A stretch of DNA of 64,000 nucleotides from the human T2T-CHM13v2.0 reference genome, Homo sapiens. Shown piece by piece: positions 13,610 to 26,090 of the stretch (the first letter of the stretch is position 1; every line of letters begins with the position of its first letter). The notes beneath the pieces are model-generated. The model ran no database searches. It worked only from the letters and a program-made list of their open reading frames with translations, and was not told where the DNA came from. The position numbers and the translations under genes are program-made. The stretch lies in the NCBI RefSeq assembly GCF_009914755.1, contig NC_060934.1; one strand, 5' to 3'.

Positions 13610-14590
13610 ATGCAAGCACTTTAAAAAAAAGTTGTGGAATTTAGGAGATGAGTCATGCACTTTTCCCTTATAAAACATGTGTTCCAAATTCATGGACCTT
13701 TGCAGGGGTCAGAGGTGCTTCTCAGTAGTATGTTACCTAGCAGGGGGAAAAAAAAATCAGCACACTTTACGCTTCCTTTCAAAGTAAAGGTGAGACTCAA
13801 CATTGAGTAAGAAATTAACTGCTTTTCAAGAGAAACCAAAGCTTTGAAAGAGTATTATACAAACAGATGTTTGAAAATATTTCCACTGTTTTGTTATCTT
13901 TTTGCCAAAAACAATGAAACTGTGTCACCTATGAAAACTTTTATATCAGCACACTTAGTAACTTGGAAATAGTATATTCTAGTGTATTAGAAATCTTGCC
14001 AGAGAGTTTCAAACCCATTTGTTAATGGTTTTTGAATCTATTTGTTAAAAGTTTAAAAACACAATAAACTTCCAATAAGTTTCAGAATAAAATTTTATCA
14101 TCTGAAAGTCAACTAAAAACCTTTGTATAACTGGCGAGATGTGTTGAGAAAAGGAGCATAATAATTTCGTATGATTTAGTAAAAATGGCCAGTGATACAG
14201 TTCTTCCACTTGTATTTACAAATCTTTGTGGGGTGTATTTTTCAGCAATGAAAGCCATTAAAACTGACAATCAAAATATGCTAAACTTAAGAGCTAGGCT
14301 TTTAAAAAATCACTATTAAAACAACATTTTCAGAAAATTCAAAAATTAGTTTTACTGCTTTCATGAAAAAATCTCTAACGGAGAGCAAAAGATTTTCTGT
14401 AGTGTTAAAATTACTGAAAATACTTAATCTTACCTTTTTCAGTCTTAAATATGCATTAAAATGTATAGAACATTAATACTTCTATATGACTATAATGTAT
14501 ACATCACAATACATGTTATTCGTATGCCCTGATTTCACATAAACACAGCTATGTGATCCAAAAAAATCTGGAGTCTATTGTTCTAAGGGA
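13610..14590 (+). mobile_element. Fossil hAT (Charlie-type) DNA transposon carrying decayed transposase C-terminus
   Basis: Frameshifted peptides in hAT order: SVVCYLA (~13722), KKLTAFQEK (~13809), KIFPL, ISAHL, NPFV, then 14173-14301 DLVKMASDTVLPLVFTNLCGVYFSAMKAIKTDNQNMLNL, matching the hAT dimerisation motif (LPF.STYLCE.GFS....KTK.RN.L). Confidence 0.8.
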
Positions 14591-17502
14591 GATGTTTTCA
14601 AAATACACCTATCTTTATGCATCTATTACCCCAGGGATGAGGAAACAGGATATTTGGCGGTGGGCTTTGGAGTTAAAAAAACAAAACAGTCCCCAGGTAT
14701 TTGTGATACGATCCTCTCCTCTTCTACATGCTCCTGGCATTTAGTTGGCAGTGCTGAGAAAGAAAGTGATCCTCTTATACTCAGGCTGGCCAGAGGCAGG
14801 AGGCAGGGCCACGACAACAGCATTCACGCTTAGCCACAGCAATATCATGTTTTAAACACTGTCAAAAACCTTTCACATAGACGTGGTTTTCGCAACACTG
14901 AAATAAGATTATTCTCACTGAACAGAAGAGAAATAAAGTTAAATAACTCAGGAGGGAGGGGAAATGGCCTTTCTTATCTCTTGGGTCACAAGAAGAAAAG
15001 GTAGATTCAGACTTCTGATAAAGGCCTGTGCTTACACCAATGTCACCTACACAATGGACTCCAGAGTCCTTTCTAGCTGGACTCTGGAGTCTTGAAGTGA
15101 GTGCCACATGGACAGAGATGACATTATAGCCATCCTGCGTGGTCCCGCTGAGTCTTTCCCATGGCCTGGTGGGAGGCTGCATTCCAGGAGCCTGCAAAAA
15201 CTATGCAAGTTCGGAATATAAATCAGATGACTGCATGGGGTACTCAGCATTTTGATATCTAAATCCCAATCTTCTATATTAATTTCTCCTACCCAAATTT
15301 CTAAAATATATTCTGCTTAAAAAAAAAGAGTAACTTGCTTTTGAGCTCAGAGCTTTTCTCATATACTGAATTAATCATGTTTTCCTGGTGAGTTATGTTC
15401 TTTAGCCTAAGAGACTATTTCTAAAAATGCATGTTGTTAAAAGAATAAAAGCCAAGAGACAACTCAAGTTTTGTCTAAAGAAATAATTGTTTAGCAAGTA
15501 ATATTTCAAAGCTATTGTATTCAGAACACGAGGATATTGTTTATAAGACATACCACACTACATTTCTTACATAATTTTCTTTTGTGCCTGAAAATGTTTC
15601 TGAAAATTGAGGAGAATAAGGATGAGCTACCCAGTACAGTAAGTTGTTACAAAGATTTTTCACTTTAGGTTTTAGCACACCTATATTCCATCATCACACT
15701 GAAGTGCAGAAAATCACTTCCCGGTATAGATACAAATTTACTTCATATTTTAATGTAAAGTATAGGGGTGTGGTTTATAAAACAACCATAAGCTCAATTT
15801 CTTTTTCATAGCTGAAAACAGGATATTTTCATCTATATTTAGACGCATGTATACTCACAAAAAAATACTTTAGCTTTACAAATAACAAAAATAACAAGTA
15901 CTTTCTTTTAGCCTAGTAAAAAACAACTGTCACAGTTTCATGACTCATTTTCAAAAATATGTCATGCCAATTAATATATATCTCCTACCCACAAATATTC
16001 CTATTCACAAACTGTCAAGAGAACAAAACTGCTACTAGTTGTTTTCATTACTTTAGGAAAAAGGGCATTTGCCATCACATGAGTTTTGCATAAATAATTC
16101 TCTCTTCTCCCCATCTCCTCCCACGCATTCTATGTATTCTATCAACTATAAAAAAAAGATGAGCAAAATAAACCAGAGAATTAGACGTCAGAGAATCCTA
16201 ATTCCTAATTAGATCAATTAACATTAATTTCTCATTCTCCATATGCTATGAACATGAATCAAGCATGCAATCTACCCAGATTTAATCCAGGCAGTTCTCA
16301 CTACATTTTAAACCTGGAAACCTCTAAAAATTCTTCTGAATCATTTGAGGCTAACAGTTTTCATCAAGATAAAATGCAGACTGTGAGTATTTAACTCTCA
16401 CAGTCTCTCCCACCAAACCACCCAGCATCACACACATATTCCTAGGAACAGCATAGATTGCCCTAAGTGATCTCTCAAAGGTTATTAGGTGAATAATACA
16501 GATCTTAAATAGCGTATTAGTTTCTTTAATATTTTCTCACAAATATCTCTTTTACATAAACTCTAATACATTGCCTTTCCCTGCTCATCAAGAATGTGAA
16601 AGAAATACTGAAAATAGACCTGCATTTGTTTAACCAAAAGCTAATATGTAATAAAAAAAAAAAAAAAAAAAAAAAAAAGATAAGGAAAGCCACTGGCTGT
16701 GGCTTTGTACAAACCTGCTGGGATACATGACACATTGTGCTTTCATTGCTGCCACCTCACCATGCAAGGGCTTTGCCTGTGTGCAAGGTCTTTTACTGTC
16801 AAATTTAAGAATCCCCATGATATTCTTTATTTGAGGACTCTAGTAATTTCTTATGTAAAGACAGTCTAGGGAGAATGTAAGAATATAAGCATTAGCTGTC
16901 ACAACAGGATAAAACACAATTTTTCCTAATGAGAGAAAAGTTGGCCTATGGTTGTCATTATTCCCTACAATATTACAGCTACCTTAAGGGTGGGGACTAG
17001 ATCTATTCATTTTTGCACACTTGGTACATCCCAGGAACCAACTACAAGAAACAGTTGTTGACCAAATTTTAAACTCATTCCCTGGGTTATAAACTTTTAA
17101 AGTGATTTTACTATTATATCTAGCAAAGAAAAATCCTGATATTCATAATGATCTCTCAGAAACCCAAAAGCTACAATGCCAATGATTAAGTTTCTGTTTA
17201 CCAAGTTACCAAAGTTTAGACTGATTAAACACAAGATGACTTACTAAAAGATTATTTTACTGGCATAAAATAAATTCAATAAAATATTCTCCACAGACTA
17301 ATTCCACCAGCCAAGCAATTTTTGAAGAAGTTGTTTGTTTTTGTAAATGTGCACAGCATCTCAAACTTATAAATGTTCATATCCATTATTTAAGTCCTTT
17401 TTATAGTATGAATCTTGATCGTTAGAAAAAGTCTCAAAAATCACAGAAAAAATTGTACCCTAAATGCTTTAAATTGTTGCTGTATACTCAGGAAACAGTA
17501 AC

Positions 17503-18098
17503 GTCAACGAAGAGTCAAACTCTGTAATGTGAAGAGGTTTATTGTGAGCCAAATATGAGTGACCAACGGCTCATGACAGAGCCTTCAGGAAATCTTAAGA
17601 ACATGTGCCCAAGGAGGCTGGGGCAGAGCCTAGTTTCACACATTTTAGGGAGACATGAGATATCAGATACACGTAAGATTCACATTGGTTAGGACATCTT
17701 GAAGCAGGGGAAGGCAGGCCTTCCAGGTCATAGGTAGATTGAAAAATTTTCTGATTGGCAACTGGTTCAAAGAGTTATTCTATAGAAAGCAATGTCTGAG
17801 TTAGGATAAGGGGTTTTGGAAACCAAGGGTATATCATGCAGATGAAGCCTTCAGGTAGCAAGCTTCAGAAAGAACAGACTGTAAATGCTTCTTATCAGAC
17901 TTAAGATCTGTGTTGAGGTTAATGCTGGTTGGCTTCTCCTGAATTCCAAAAGGGAAAATGGTAGAATGAGGCATGTCCAACCCCCTCTTCCATCATGGCC
18001 TGAACACGTTTTTCAGGTTAACTTTGGAACACCCTTGGCCTACAGGAGGGGTCCGTTCAGATGGTTTGGGGACCTCAGAATTTTGTTTTTGGTTTACA
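17503..18098 (-). mobile_element. ERV1 solo LTR (MER4-family, MER4B-like)
   Basis: Minus strand starts TGTAAACCAAAAACAAAATTCTGAGG...CCAAAGTTAACCTGAAAAAC; AATAAA at 17543-17538; ends ...GTTGAC; 4-bp flanking repeat taac (17499-17502, 18099-18102). Confidence 0.88.
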
Positions 18099-19101
18099 TA
18101 ACTCTCCTTGCTAAAAAAATCCAAAACAACAATTTTCTCTCTTATTTCCACATGATTTGTTGACAGCCCATCAAACAGAACAATTTACCAGAAACTTAAT
18201 AATGCTTAAGGATTATTAAGCTTTAATATACAAACACTTTTAAATTCACTGCCTCTAAACATACACTACTGAAACCTTAAAAATGACAGGATGGCTATTA
18301 AAAGCATGCTTCATTTAATATTTTACTTTTATGTGGTTAAAGGTCCACCATACTTGCATTCTTTTCAAAAATGTGGAAGCCTAAAGCACTCACTAGACCT
18401 ATGATTCTAAGACAACTGCAGTCATACCTCGAGTCATACTGCAATTGGCAGAGGATGCTAGAATGGAATGACAATTTTTATTTCGAGGAAAGCAATCTAT
18501 GCTAACTATAAAATAAGTTGTCCTTTTAAAAGAAAACAAAGTTCTGTATTATAATTAAAAAAATCAAGAGTGACTTTAAAGTAATATATAAACAACACTG
18601 AAGATAAATTTAAAATACAAATAATGACATATACTAAAAGTAAAATTCCAGGTGGTTTACTATTTCCACTGAGGAGGTAGAGCTAACCCCATCAGAACTT
18701 TAGGAAATGTCATTTTCCTAACTTGTTGACTAAATTAGCTAAATCAGTTTCACTAGTTTTCTCTTACCCTTTTTAACACTCTAGAGGAAATATATTTCCT
18801 ATTCCAACCAAAGACAACCCAGTCTTTGCTGTAGTTTTTGTTTTTATTAGCACATGTAGATACATGATACATGTGATAATAAAAGTGTTCAATTCTAAAG
18901 AAGGAGTGAGCAGGGGAGCCCTCCTTTCTATAAGATGTCTTCAAAACAGGATTAAGAAAAAAAGATATTTTACTTTCACTAGATGACAAAAGGAAGCGGT
19001 ATTAGATGTTCTCCAAAAATGTCTTTGGTTGACTGGACTAGCTACAAGATGCTCTCTGTATTTCTCAAGAAGTTTCCATCTGACTCCAAAAGCACACCCA
19101 A

Positions 19102-19283
19102 GGCCAGGCGCAGTAGCTCATGCTTGTAATCCCAGCATGTTGGGAAGGCCAAGGAGGGAAGACGCTTAAGGTCAGGAGTTTTAACACCAGCCTGTGAAAC
19201 ACAGGGCGACTTCATGACTACAAAAAAAAAAAAAAAGCCAGGTATGGTGGCATGCACTTGTGGTCCCAGTTATTTGGAGGGCT
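19102..19283 (+). mobile_element. Truncated Alu (left monomer plus start of right monomer)
   Basis: ggccaggcgcagtagctcatgcttgtaatcccagc..., poly-A linker, partial right arm. Confidence 0.9.
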
Positions 19284-20260
19284 GGGGTTTCATATCAAAC
19301 AGCCTTTTTGTTTGATATGAAGCTGGTAATGATACAATGCCATTTCCTCCACCTAATTTCCATAATGATTTACACTGTCCCTGATGATCACCATAACAGT
19401 TTAATCATGTGGTTTATATTTTTTCCTCTAGCCCTATGTTTTAAAGATTGTTTCAAGTGCTCTGCTTTGTAGCTATTCAGAATATAAGTAGCTACTTAGA
19501 TGTTAAAATACAGAATTACTAGATGACTGTTAAAAACATGACTAGATAGGAATCATCTTTCTTATACATGAAATGGGGATTTTTACAACGAAAACTGCTT
19601 TCCCTTGTAGATGTGAATCCACCAAGTCAGCAGGTTCTAGAACTGCTGTATTTATCTGCCTTACAGCAGTGACCCAACCGTTCTGTTTTTAGACATTAGC
19701 AAATATATGATTATCAGCAAAACTTCAGAATGAGCCACAAAGGGTAACAAACTCAAAAACTTGAGCAACAGCAGAATTCATATTCTGTTAAGTTTTGGTT
19801 TCAAAATCCCCAACAGTCCTCTAAAGCTGGGACAGGATATGCAAATTGCAGGGATGACTCACCATCTATCAATTACTACAACATACTTGGGTTCTGGGTC
19901 CTCTCACCTTCCATCATCATCCACCCAATTAAGCCAGCAGACTCAGGCAAGGTTTGACACATCAATTCTCTTATTCTTCTTACAAGACTAAATACTAATG
20001 GACAGGAACATGGCAACAGGGACAAGAGAGTAGGTAGGAACTAAAATGACAGCTTCTCGCGATCAGGAGCCAAGTCATGCACCCTGCCCAGAAAGCAGCA
20101 CAACAGGCCACACACGGTATACTAACACACCACAGGATACGACGTTCAGTTTTACTTTGTATTGATGGTCAATACAGAGTTTCTTTGCTTTAGCAATAAT
20201 CCCTCTTCCAAATATTTTTTAATAACCTTTTTGTAAATAGTGATAATAACAGACTGTAAC

Positions 20261-20651
20261 TGTCATGGGCTCAATGTTTTTGTCTCCCCCAAATTCCTAC
20301 AATGCAACCCTAACCTCGAGTGTGACTTTGTTTGGAGATGGGGCCCTTAGGAGGTATTTAAGGCTAAATGAGTTCATCAGGGTGGGCCCTGATCTGATGG
20401 AATTAATGTCCTTTTAAGTACAGACACCAAAGAGCTCAATGCCCCCATCCCCAGCCCAGGCCCACCATGTGAGGACAGGGGCAGAAGGTGGTCATCTGCA
20501 GGCCAGAAAGAGACCCCTCACCAGAAACCGAACCCTGTCAGAACCCTGATCTTGAACTTTCCAGCTTCCAGAACTGGGAGATAATAAGTATCTGTTATTT
20601 AAGCCGTCCAACTGATGGCATTTTGGTGGTGGGTCTAAGCAGACTAATACA
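20261..20651 (+). mobile_element. MaLR solo LTR (MLT1A-like) nested in L1
   Basis: TG...CA ends (tgtcatggg ... gcagactaataca), MLT1A motifs, 5-bp near-TSD gtaac/gtagc. Confidence 0.88.
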
Positions 20652-21460
20652 GTAGCCATAGAATAAGAATCTATGATTTCACGTTCTATGGAAGAAGAGG
20701 AAACTCTTCCTTACAGTACAATTTCAACTATGTAGAAGGAATAATGAAAATTAAAAAATCAGCAATTTGCAAATACCACAGTAATAACTGTTACACATTA
20801 AGAATCAGCAATAAATGTTCAATTTTTTTGAGCAAAAGTATGCTGAGAAACAGGATATTTACACAATCTCTAAGTATCTCCCACAACATACTTAAGAACA
20901 AAGGGAAACAACAGTGACTTAACAGTGGAGAGAGCTGACACTGACATCACCGTAACCAACTGACCAGAGTCAACAGCTTCAGTGATGAGATCAGTGGACA
21001 TCACGCGCCTTCTGATACGTGCGCTGAGATGGACACAACACTAACGCTCTGGTATTCTCGTGAAAACTGCATAATGAATGTAATCATTAGGAAGCAAGCT
21101 CTCGGTGAGAGCCATTCTACAAAATAACCAGTCTTCATGAAAAGTGTAAAGGTCATGATAGACAAAGACAGGAAATAGTCCAGATTAAAGGAGACTAAGA
21201 GACATGACAACCAAATGCATCAGGTGATCCTGGACAAGAAAGAAAACAAAAGTGGAATGAGTGCGGAAATGTAAATAAGAGCTTTCTATTATTACGCAGT
21301 CATCTTGTATCAGTGTTAGTTTCCTCATATTCATAACTGTACTATTTGTTATATAAGATGTTAGCATCTGGGTGAAGGCCATATGGGAGTTCTTTGTATT
21401 ATTTTTGCTACATTTTTATGTCTGAAATTGTTTCAAAATGAAAATAAAAACAAACATTAA
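20652..21460 (+). mobile_element. Old L1 3' end (L1MC-like)
   Basis: Ends ...gggtgaaggccatatgggagttctttgtattatttttgctac...tctgaaattgtttcaaaatgaaaataaaaa, typical of an L1MC 3' UTR. Confidence 0.8.
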
Positions 21461-22029
21461 AATGGTATTTTTAGTATAGTATGTACAACATTGTTTTTCT
21501 CCCTAATAATCTGCACCATCCTTACTAAAGTTGACAAGTTGGTGTTAGCTGGATTTGTCATTTTTATGCCACAAAATGCACCTTACATACAATTAATTGG
21601 AGTATTTCTCTCACACCCCACTGGGATAAGCAATGTCATCTGCTCTATTCCATGTGCAAGAAGCATGACCTCCGGTGTAGGCCACCAGGCACACTCATAT
21701 CCCTGGCACCTAGCTCAGTGCCCCTTCATTGTTATTTTTTAATTTTACTCCATGACCTGCTGAACCAGCTAAGAATCTCTAGAGCTTATTTTGAAATAAA
21801 AATTATGGGGAAAAAAGGTAGGGGGAAATAGGACATAATATATTCTTGACTCTCTTACATTATCAAATTTGATGGATAATTTCCAATCAAAAGAAAAAAA
21901 TATCTTACTTGTAGGAAGCGGTTGAGTTTCATATTTTGTTTTATATTCTTTGGTTTTCTATTTGTATGGCCCCTTTTCATCCTCAACATTCATCATTTCA
22001 AAAAATGGCCCATAACAATACATCACTAA

Positions 22030-22280
22030 GGCTAACTTTTATTTAAGGCTTAGTATACATCGGGTATCTGCTAACCACCCCAATAGCCTCCCATGTAACC
22101 ACCTTAACCCTGTGAAATGGGCACAACTATTACACAGCCCCCCTCTTTACAGTAGGAAAGCAGAGGCTGAGTTAAGTGATGGCTCAAGGTCACAGAGACC
22201 TTTGCATGGCGCAGGGGATTCAGATCTGGGCAACACAGCTCCAGAACCTGGGCTCTTGGCCATGGCTCTCAACTGCCTCT
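22030..22280 (-). mobile_element. MIR SINE
   Basis: aaccctgtgaaatgggc...tttacagtaggaaagcagaggctgagttaagtgatggctcaaggtcacag...gcaggggattcaga. Confidence 0.75.
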
Positions 22281-24124
22281 TGTTTTATAAACACATAAAT
22301 AAATGAAAGGGACATAATTTTTTAAAAGAAAAAGAAAAACCTGCTCAACTACTTAAAGTAGCCGGAGGGAAAGCTGCTTACGAGGTAGATGGGAGCTAGA
22401 TTAAACAAACACACAGCCTTTCTGTAGAACACACTCACTTTCTGTAAGTCTATGCGATCCTCTGCTCTTTTTATTTTACCCACTTACCCACAGTAAAAAT
22501 ACCTTCATGGAAAAAAATCCCAACTTTGTCCCAGCTACCAGTAAGGAGAGGGAAAAAATATAATTATCTTCATCATTCAGGATAGGCTGGAACTTTGGGG
22601 TGCTCCTTGGAGCCAGGAGCAAAGGGTACAGGCAGGGGAGGGGACCTTGGGGCAAGAAACCCAGGTCAAAGGGATCCGAGACATGGCAGGCGCTGAGTCC
22701 TTCTCACCCGGACCGTCATTCCTTCTCGCCACACCCAGAGCTGTCTGCAATATGTTCCAAAAATGCTTCACACAACTGGTCACCAAGGAAACAATAAATG
22801 CTAAACACTCGCATGTAGTTTTGTTTTCTCGGATCTTTGCCCCAGTATGGAGGCAACTGGGCATAAGCAAGCGGGAGGCCAAGCAAGCGAATTCACAGGT
22901 AGAAAAGTGAGTGTCGGCTTCTCAAGGCATCTCAGATGCAGTGCTAGGAGCGTGGAGCTGCTGTGAGGAAAAACGGAGTCCACAACAGTGCCTGGCTCAG
23001 GCACTTCACTGTCATTGTCATCACTGTCCCCAGAGGGCTGCCCCAGAGTAGACGCTTAATAGATCTTTGCTGACTTTTATTGAAAACAAAATGTAGTTAA
23101 ATCAAAATATGATTATGGGACTTAGAGTCACTATGAACATGAACTCAACATAGAACCTGCAGCTGATATTTCACAGAGCAGCTGAGAGGCAATGCCACCC
23201 TGAGCACCTGTGAAAACTGTGTCCACAAATCACAGAAGAGACCAAAGAGCCCAGCCAAAGAGGACGGGACAGAACAGAAGTGGCCTTGCCTGTTTCATTA
23301 CTGCTGGCCAATCTAAAACTATCATGCATCACACCTTTTGCTATAGGAAACTGTAATGTCTTGCTCTGGTGTATCACCTTCCTTTCCTATGGTACTTCTT
23401 GTTTATTTTCAAGTTTGTTTCCTTTAGCGGTTACAGATTTGGGGGAACATTTAGACACTTGCTGACAAGGCTGTTCCAACAACTTTAGAACGCTGTATCC
23501 GTTTTGGCCGAGTTCTTTGCAGCAATATTATACCATATTCTGCATATGTTACTGTTAACCTGTTTGGCATTTACTCGCTTGTTTCTTATAATAGGATCTT
23601 TTATAAGTCCAAATTTAGAAAACCAATTAAGAGGTTATTATTCACATTAGAAATGGAGACTGCCTTAAAGAAGGATGCACTTATGTATTCCTGTCCAAGG
23701 TCCAATTCTTCTCTCTTTCTCTCTCTCCCTCTCCATAGCAGAGGTGTAAAGTGTTTTAGGAAGCATACATTTTTTTTAATCTATAGAGAAACCATTTAGG
23801 AGGGAGCATACACAACTATGACATAAAGCATAAATCATCTCTAATGTCACCAAATACTTACTGACCTTTACTAGGCTGTAAAATGTCTCCCCTGTCAAGT
23901 TTCATCTTAAGTAACCACTAACCTTAGTGGCTTGTGTCCCCAAAGAAAATTTCCAATTTCTATAAAACCTGGGTCTTAGGAGATAATGACTGCACTTTAA
24001 CTGGGATTTCAAAGATGTAATCTACATCTTTTAGAGATCTATATAGTAACAGAAGACTACGATGGGGTGGAGAGAGTCATAGGTGAGCAACAGAAACAGT
24101 GAGGTGAGTATGAGAAGTGCAGCA

Positions 24125-24495
24125 CATTTGGGGGAGGGAGGGAGGCAGAGGTGAAGCACGACAGATTTGGGGGGCAGTGACACTATTCTGTATCATACTA
24201 TTAATATAATGGTGGGTATGTATCATTATACACTTGCCAAAACCCACAGAATGTACAACACAGAGAGAACCCTAATGTCAACTGTGAACTGTGGTTGACA
24301 ATGAAATGTTATGGCAGGTTCATCGAATGTAACAACCGTCCTGCTCTGGTGCCAACTGGGATGTCAGTGGTGGGGAGGCTGAATGTGTGTGTCTGGAAGG
24401 GCTTTGTGGGAGCTCTCTGCACAGTTCTCTCAATTTGTTGTGAACCTAAAACTTCTGTAAAAAAATAATGTCCATTTTAAATAAAAAGAAAAGTT
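24125..24495 (+). mobile_element. L1 3' UTR fragment (L1MC1/2-like)
   Basis: ggcagtgacactattctgtatcatact...aaaacccacagaatgtacaac...aggttcatcgaatgtaacaa...tgaacctaaaact. Confidence 0.85.
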
Positions 24496-25282
24496 GCTAA
24501 CAGCACAAAAGGCTGTGATAGTATTGAGAGGGAAGAGACTGTTACCCACTGAGTTTGTCTGAGGAGGAGGAAATGTTGGAGCCAGACCCTGAAGGAGGGA
24601 AAACACTTGGATTTGGATTCTTATTCAAGAGAGCATGTCATTACACCCAGAAAATGGCTGAAGAACTTAAAAGGCCCAAACTGATGGGGATCTTCAGTGC
24701 CAGGCCGAGTTCTGTGGGCAGCGAGGAAGCATGGAAAGTTATGAGCCGGGGGGTTCTATGACGAGGACCCTCTAAGGAGCTCAGTGTGTGGAATATAATT
24801 TGAAGCAAGGATGAGGACTGGAGGCCAGAATCACAATGCAGGACCAAGCAACAGGTGCTAGGAATGCTTAAGAGGTTTCACGCCCTTGAGAGTGGAAGAG
24901 TGGTGAAGCCATTACCAAAAACAGGAAACGCAGAAAGAGAAGTCGACTTAGGGTACGTAGAAGATGCATTATTTTGGTTTGTCCACAGATTATTCATGTG
25001 GAGATGTTTAACATGCAGCCACAAATGTGGTTCTGAGGCTGAAAACATTTAGAAGTAATCGGCAAAGAGATTTTATTTAAAGCTTTAGGAAAAGCGTAGC
25101 TATAGGAATTGATAACGCCACAAAGGGATTCAGAGAGAAAAAAATTGTGAAAATCTTCAGGAAGAGGACTCCACAATGGAGTCTTGAAAAGGAACTGGAG
25201 AAAGAACCAGAAGGAACAGGAAACGTTCTCTCCTGGCCATACTCAGGGAAGTACAGACACCCACCTCTGTCACCACAACTGA

Positions 25283-25610
25283 TTTATTTTTCAAATTTAT
25301 TTATTTTTAGTTTTTAAAGACAGGGTCTCATTCTGTCACCCAGGCTGGAGTGCAGTGGTATGACCACAGCTCACTGCCGCCTCAACGTCCCAGGCTCAAG
25401 GGATCCTCCCACCTCAGCCCCTTGAGTGGCTGGGACTACAGGTGTGTGCCACTACACCCAGCTAATTAAAACAAACAAACAAAAAACACTGTAGAGACAA
25501 GGTCTCACTATGTTCTCTAGGCTGGTCTTGAACTTCTGGCCTCAAGCGATTCTCCTGCCTCAGCCTCCCCAAAGTGGTAGGATTATAGGCATGAGCTGCC
25601 ATACACAGTC
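25283..25610 (-). mobile_element. Alu (AluJ-like)
   Basis: Reverse dimeric Alu with T-rich tail. Confidence 0.95.
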
Positions 25611-25763
25611 AAAACTTATTATGCACTCACCTCATTCGCTGTAGGGGTGTAGATACTGTCAAGCAAAACTTTCTGAAAGTTTACAGCCTAGGACAGGGAA
25701 TAGAGACATGTCCTTCAAGTCTGTAGTACAGACTTTCAAAATACAAGCCCAGCGTGTAAATAT

Positions 25764-26090
25764 GTGGACGACTGCATATTAACGGTCCCCGATGAATCAC
25801 ACTCCTAGGTGTTCACATCCTTATGCAGCCCCTTCCCACAGTGACTCTGGTACTGGCCGCGAGGGTGGCTTTGGCCAGTGGGCAATCAGCAAACAAGACC
25901 ATAAGCACAAGCCTGACAAGCACTGAGCCCTGGGTTTGTTCTTCTGGAAGGTGGTTACAACAGCCCCAGATCCAGTGATTCCCCAGGTGACTGCAGCCAC
26001 GTGAGTGAGACCAGAAGAACTGCGCAGCAGAGCCCAGCCCAAATTGCAGAATCCCCAGCAAATAAACACTTGTTGTTTTAGGCCAATTAT
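25764..26090 (+). mobile_element. MaLR LTR (MLT1G/H-like)
   Basis: gactctgg...ctttggccagtggg...gactgcagccacgtgagtgagacc...gagcccagcccaaattgcagaatc...aataaa...ttgttgttttaggcca. Confidence 0.7.

Noticed and set aside
16645-16680. AATAAA plus ~26-nt poly-A, possible processed-transcript insertion
   Set aside because: No target-site duplication or recognisable upstream body.
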